Shown here one piece after another: positions 14,271 to 15,809 of a DNA stretch of 15,809 nucleotides. Source of the stretch: Acidobacteriota bacterium (GTDB lineage Bacteria; Acidobacteriota; Blastocatellia; Chloracidobacteriales; JADJPF01); assembly GCA_017303955.1 (NCBI GenBank), contig JAFLBC010000021.1, positions 1 through 15,809 on the forward strand, read 5' to 3'. The translations under genes and the position numbers were made by a program. Position 1 is the first letter of the stretch; each line of letters begins with the position of its first letter. The notes below the pieces were generated by a model. It was not told the origin of the DNA. It saw only the letters and a program-made list of their open reading frames with translations, and made no database searches.

Positions 14271-15809
14271 ATGGATCAAAAACGCTGGGAACAAATTAAA
14301 ACAATTCTTGATATAGCTTTAGAAAAAGATTCCTACTTGGTTGGGCCATATCTTGACAGAGTTTGTGCAGGTGATAGCAGTTTACGTACTGATGTAGAGT
14401 CTTTTATAAAAATGTTTGAAGAAACAAAAGAAAGCAACTCAAATAAACTAATAAATAACATTCCTTCTTATTTACCAAATCTAATAGAAACTACTAAAGA
14501 TCAAAGTCTCAGAACTTCTAATTACAGTGAAAACCAAACAACAAATATAGATTTAAGTGAAATAAATAAAGCTTCTAAAGGAACTATTTTAGTAGTAGAT
14601 GATTTGCCTAATAACTTAAATTTACTATCAGGATTGCTTTCTATGGAAAATTATCAGGTTAGTGTGGCAAATAATGGTCGTCGAGCATTAAAAATAGTTG
14701 AGACTCTTTCCCCAGATTTAATATTACTTGATATAAATATGCCTGAAATGGATGGTTATGAGCTTTGTACTTTATTAAAAGCTAATCCAAAAACTTCTGG
14801 TATCCCTGTTATATTTATAAGTGCTTTGGATGAAGTGCTAGACAAGGTTAAAGCTTTTGAAGTCGGCGGAGTTGATTACATAACTAAACCTTTTCAAACT
14901 AAAGAAGTTATAGCTCGTGTTGAAAATCAGTTAAAAATATTTCGTCTTCAACAAGAATTGCAAAAAAATATTGAAGAATTAGCTAAGAAAAATCAAGAAT
15001 TAGCTGAAAAAAATCAAGAATTGATTGAGTCTTATAGAAAAGCAAATCATATATTTACAGTTCTAGCTCAAGCTTTGCCAGGCACTATATTAGATGACAA
15101 ATACAAACTAGAAGAAAAAATTGGTTCAGGTGGCTTTGGTGCTGTTTATCGTGCTACTCATATTCCTATGAAACGTGCAGTTGCAGTAAAAGTCTTTAGG
15201 CCAAGTTTAGGAAATGACTCTATTAGTGAGCTTGAACGGTTTCAAAGAGAAGCTATTTCTATTTGTCGTGTTAATCATCCTAATGCTGTAAATGTCTTTG
15301 ATTCTGGCATTTCCTCACAAGGTATAGCTTATATTGTGATGGAACTACTTACAGGACATACTTTAGTTAAAGAATTAAAAGAAAAAACAGTAATTTCTTT
15401 ACGTCGTTGTGCTGAAATTTTACTCCCTATTTGTGAAGTTCTTTCTAAAGCACATTCTGAAGGTATAATTCACCGAGATATCAAGCCCGATAATGTGTTT
15501 TTACATCAAACTACTTTAGGTGAAGTAATTAAAGTAATAGATTTTGGGATAGCTAAATTAATTAAAGAAACACCAAGCTTAAAATTTAGTGATTTAACGG
15601 CTGTAGAAGGTTTTATAGGCACTCCTAATTATATGGCACCTGAGAGAATTCAAAATGTTGACTATGATGGAAAAGCAGATGTTTATAGTTTAGGAGTTAT
15701 GCTTTATGAAATGTTAGGAGGCCGGCGACCTTTTTCATCTAGTATAGGTAGTTCCTTTGGCGTTCTTTCACAACACTTAAATGAAATTCCTCCATCAATT
15801 AAACTGCTT
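14271..15809 (+). CDS. Receiver-domain/Hanks-type Ser/Thr protein kinase fusion, 3'-partial (runs off window end in frame)
   Basis: The ATG at 14271 is preceded by AAGGA. The N-terminus is RWEQIKTILDIALEK...LDRVCAGDSSLRTDVESF. The receiver is ILVVDDLPNNL...LLDINMPEMDG...IFISA. A coiled coil follows, then kinase subdomains IGSGGFGAVYRA, AVAVKVF (Lys), IHRDIKPDNVFL, DFGIAKL and GTPNYMAPE. There is no stop codon through 15809 (513 codons). Confidence 0.8.
   Translation, partial: MDQKRWEQIKTILDIALEKDSYLVGPYLDRVCAGDSSLRTDVESFIKMFEETKESNSNKLINNIPSYLPNLIETTKDQSLRTSNYSENQTTNIDLSEINKASKGTILVVDDLPNNLNLLSGLLSMENYQVSVANNGRRALKIVETLSPDLILLDINMPEMDGYELCTLLKANPKTSGIPVIFISALDEVLDKVKAFEVGGVDYITKPFQTKEVIARVENQLKIFRLQQELQKNIEELAKKNQELAEKNQELIESYRKANHIFTVLAQALPGTILDDKYKLEEKIGSGGFGAVYRATHIPMKRAVAVKVFRPSLGNDSISELERFQREAISICRVNHPNAVNVFDSGISSQGIAYIVMELLTGHTLVKELKEKTVISLRRCAEILLPICEVLSKAHSEGIIHRDIKPDNVFLHQTTLGEVIKVIDFGIAKLIKETPSLKFSDLTAVEGFIGTPNYMAPERIQNVDYDGKADVYSLGVMLYEMLGGRRPFSSSIGSSFGVLSQHLNEIPPSIKLL

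Noticed and set aside
1-15809. CRISPR arrays, IS elements, integrase or phage genes
   Set aside because: There are no regularly spaced direct repeats with unique spacers. No product resembles a transposase or recombinase. No terminal inverted repeats flank any gene block. The only repeats are coding low-complexity tracts.

Overview
AT-rich (roughly 30% GC) bacterial chromosomal segment with 16 supportable protein-coding genes. I found no rRNA, tRNA, CRISPR array or transposase/integrase. There are three neighbourhoods.

(A) 83-4711, all on the minus strand, looks like a small and possibly decaying amide-forming biosynthetic locus. A C-terminally truncated AMP-binding/adenylation-domain gene is translationally coupled (TAATG overlap) to a full-length class-II glutamine amidotransferase/asparagine-synthetase-B-like gene. 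A ParE/Phd-type toxin-antitoxin pair follows, then a medium-chain Zn-dependent alcohol dehydrogenase with a degenerate NAD-binding glycine motif.

(B) 4845-8363 on the plus strand is a tight three-gene operon. It encodes a class-I SAM methyltransferase, a PhyH-like Fe(II)/2-oxoglutarate dioxygenase candidate, and a papain-family (C1A) cysteine protease. The protease has no signal peptide or prodomain and carries a C-terminal tail of about 160 residues of almost pure Asp/Glu/Gly/Tyr, encoded by a GAT/GAC/GAA repeat tract at 7900-8330. A perfect hairpin terminator (8399-8425) closes the operon against a convergent BMP-family substrate-binding lipoprotein (8427-9461, minus).

(C) 9624-15809 on the plus strand is a five-gene signalling operon with intergenic gaps of 5-26 nt. 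Gene 1 is a membrane Cache-HAMP-PP2C sensor phosphatase (SiaA/RsbU-like). Gene 2 is a small GHKL-fold kinase (SiaB/RsbW-like). Gene 3 is a DUF1987/SiaC-like phosphorylatable switch protein. Gene 4 is a sensor-less hybrid histidine kinase with a coiled-coil N-terminus and an internally duplicated TxEHGD motif. Gene 5 is a receiver-domain/Hanks Ser/Thr kinase fusion that runs off the window. It looks like a SiaABC-type partner-switching module rewired onto His-Asp and Ser/Thr phosphorylation outputs instead of a diguanylate cyclase. I consider it the most interesting candidate system in the window, followed by the poly-acidic-tailed protease operon.
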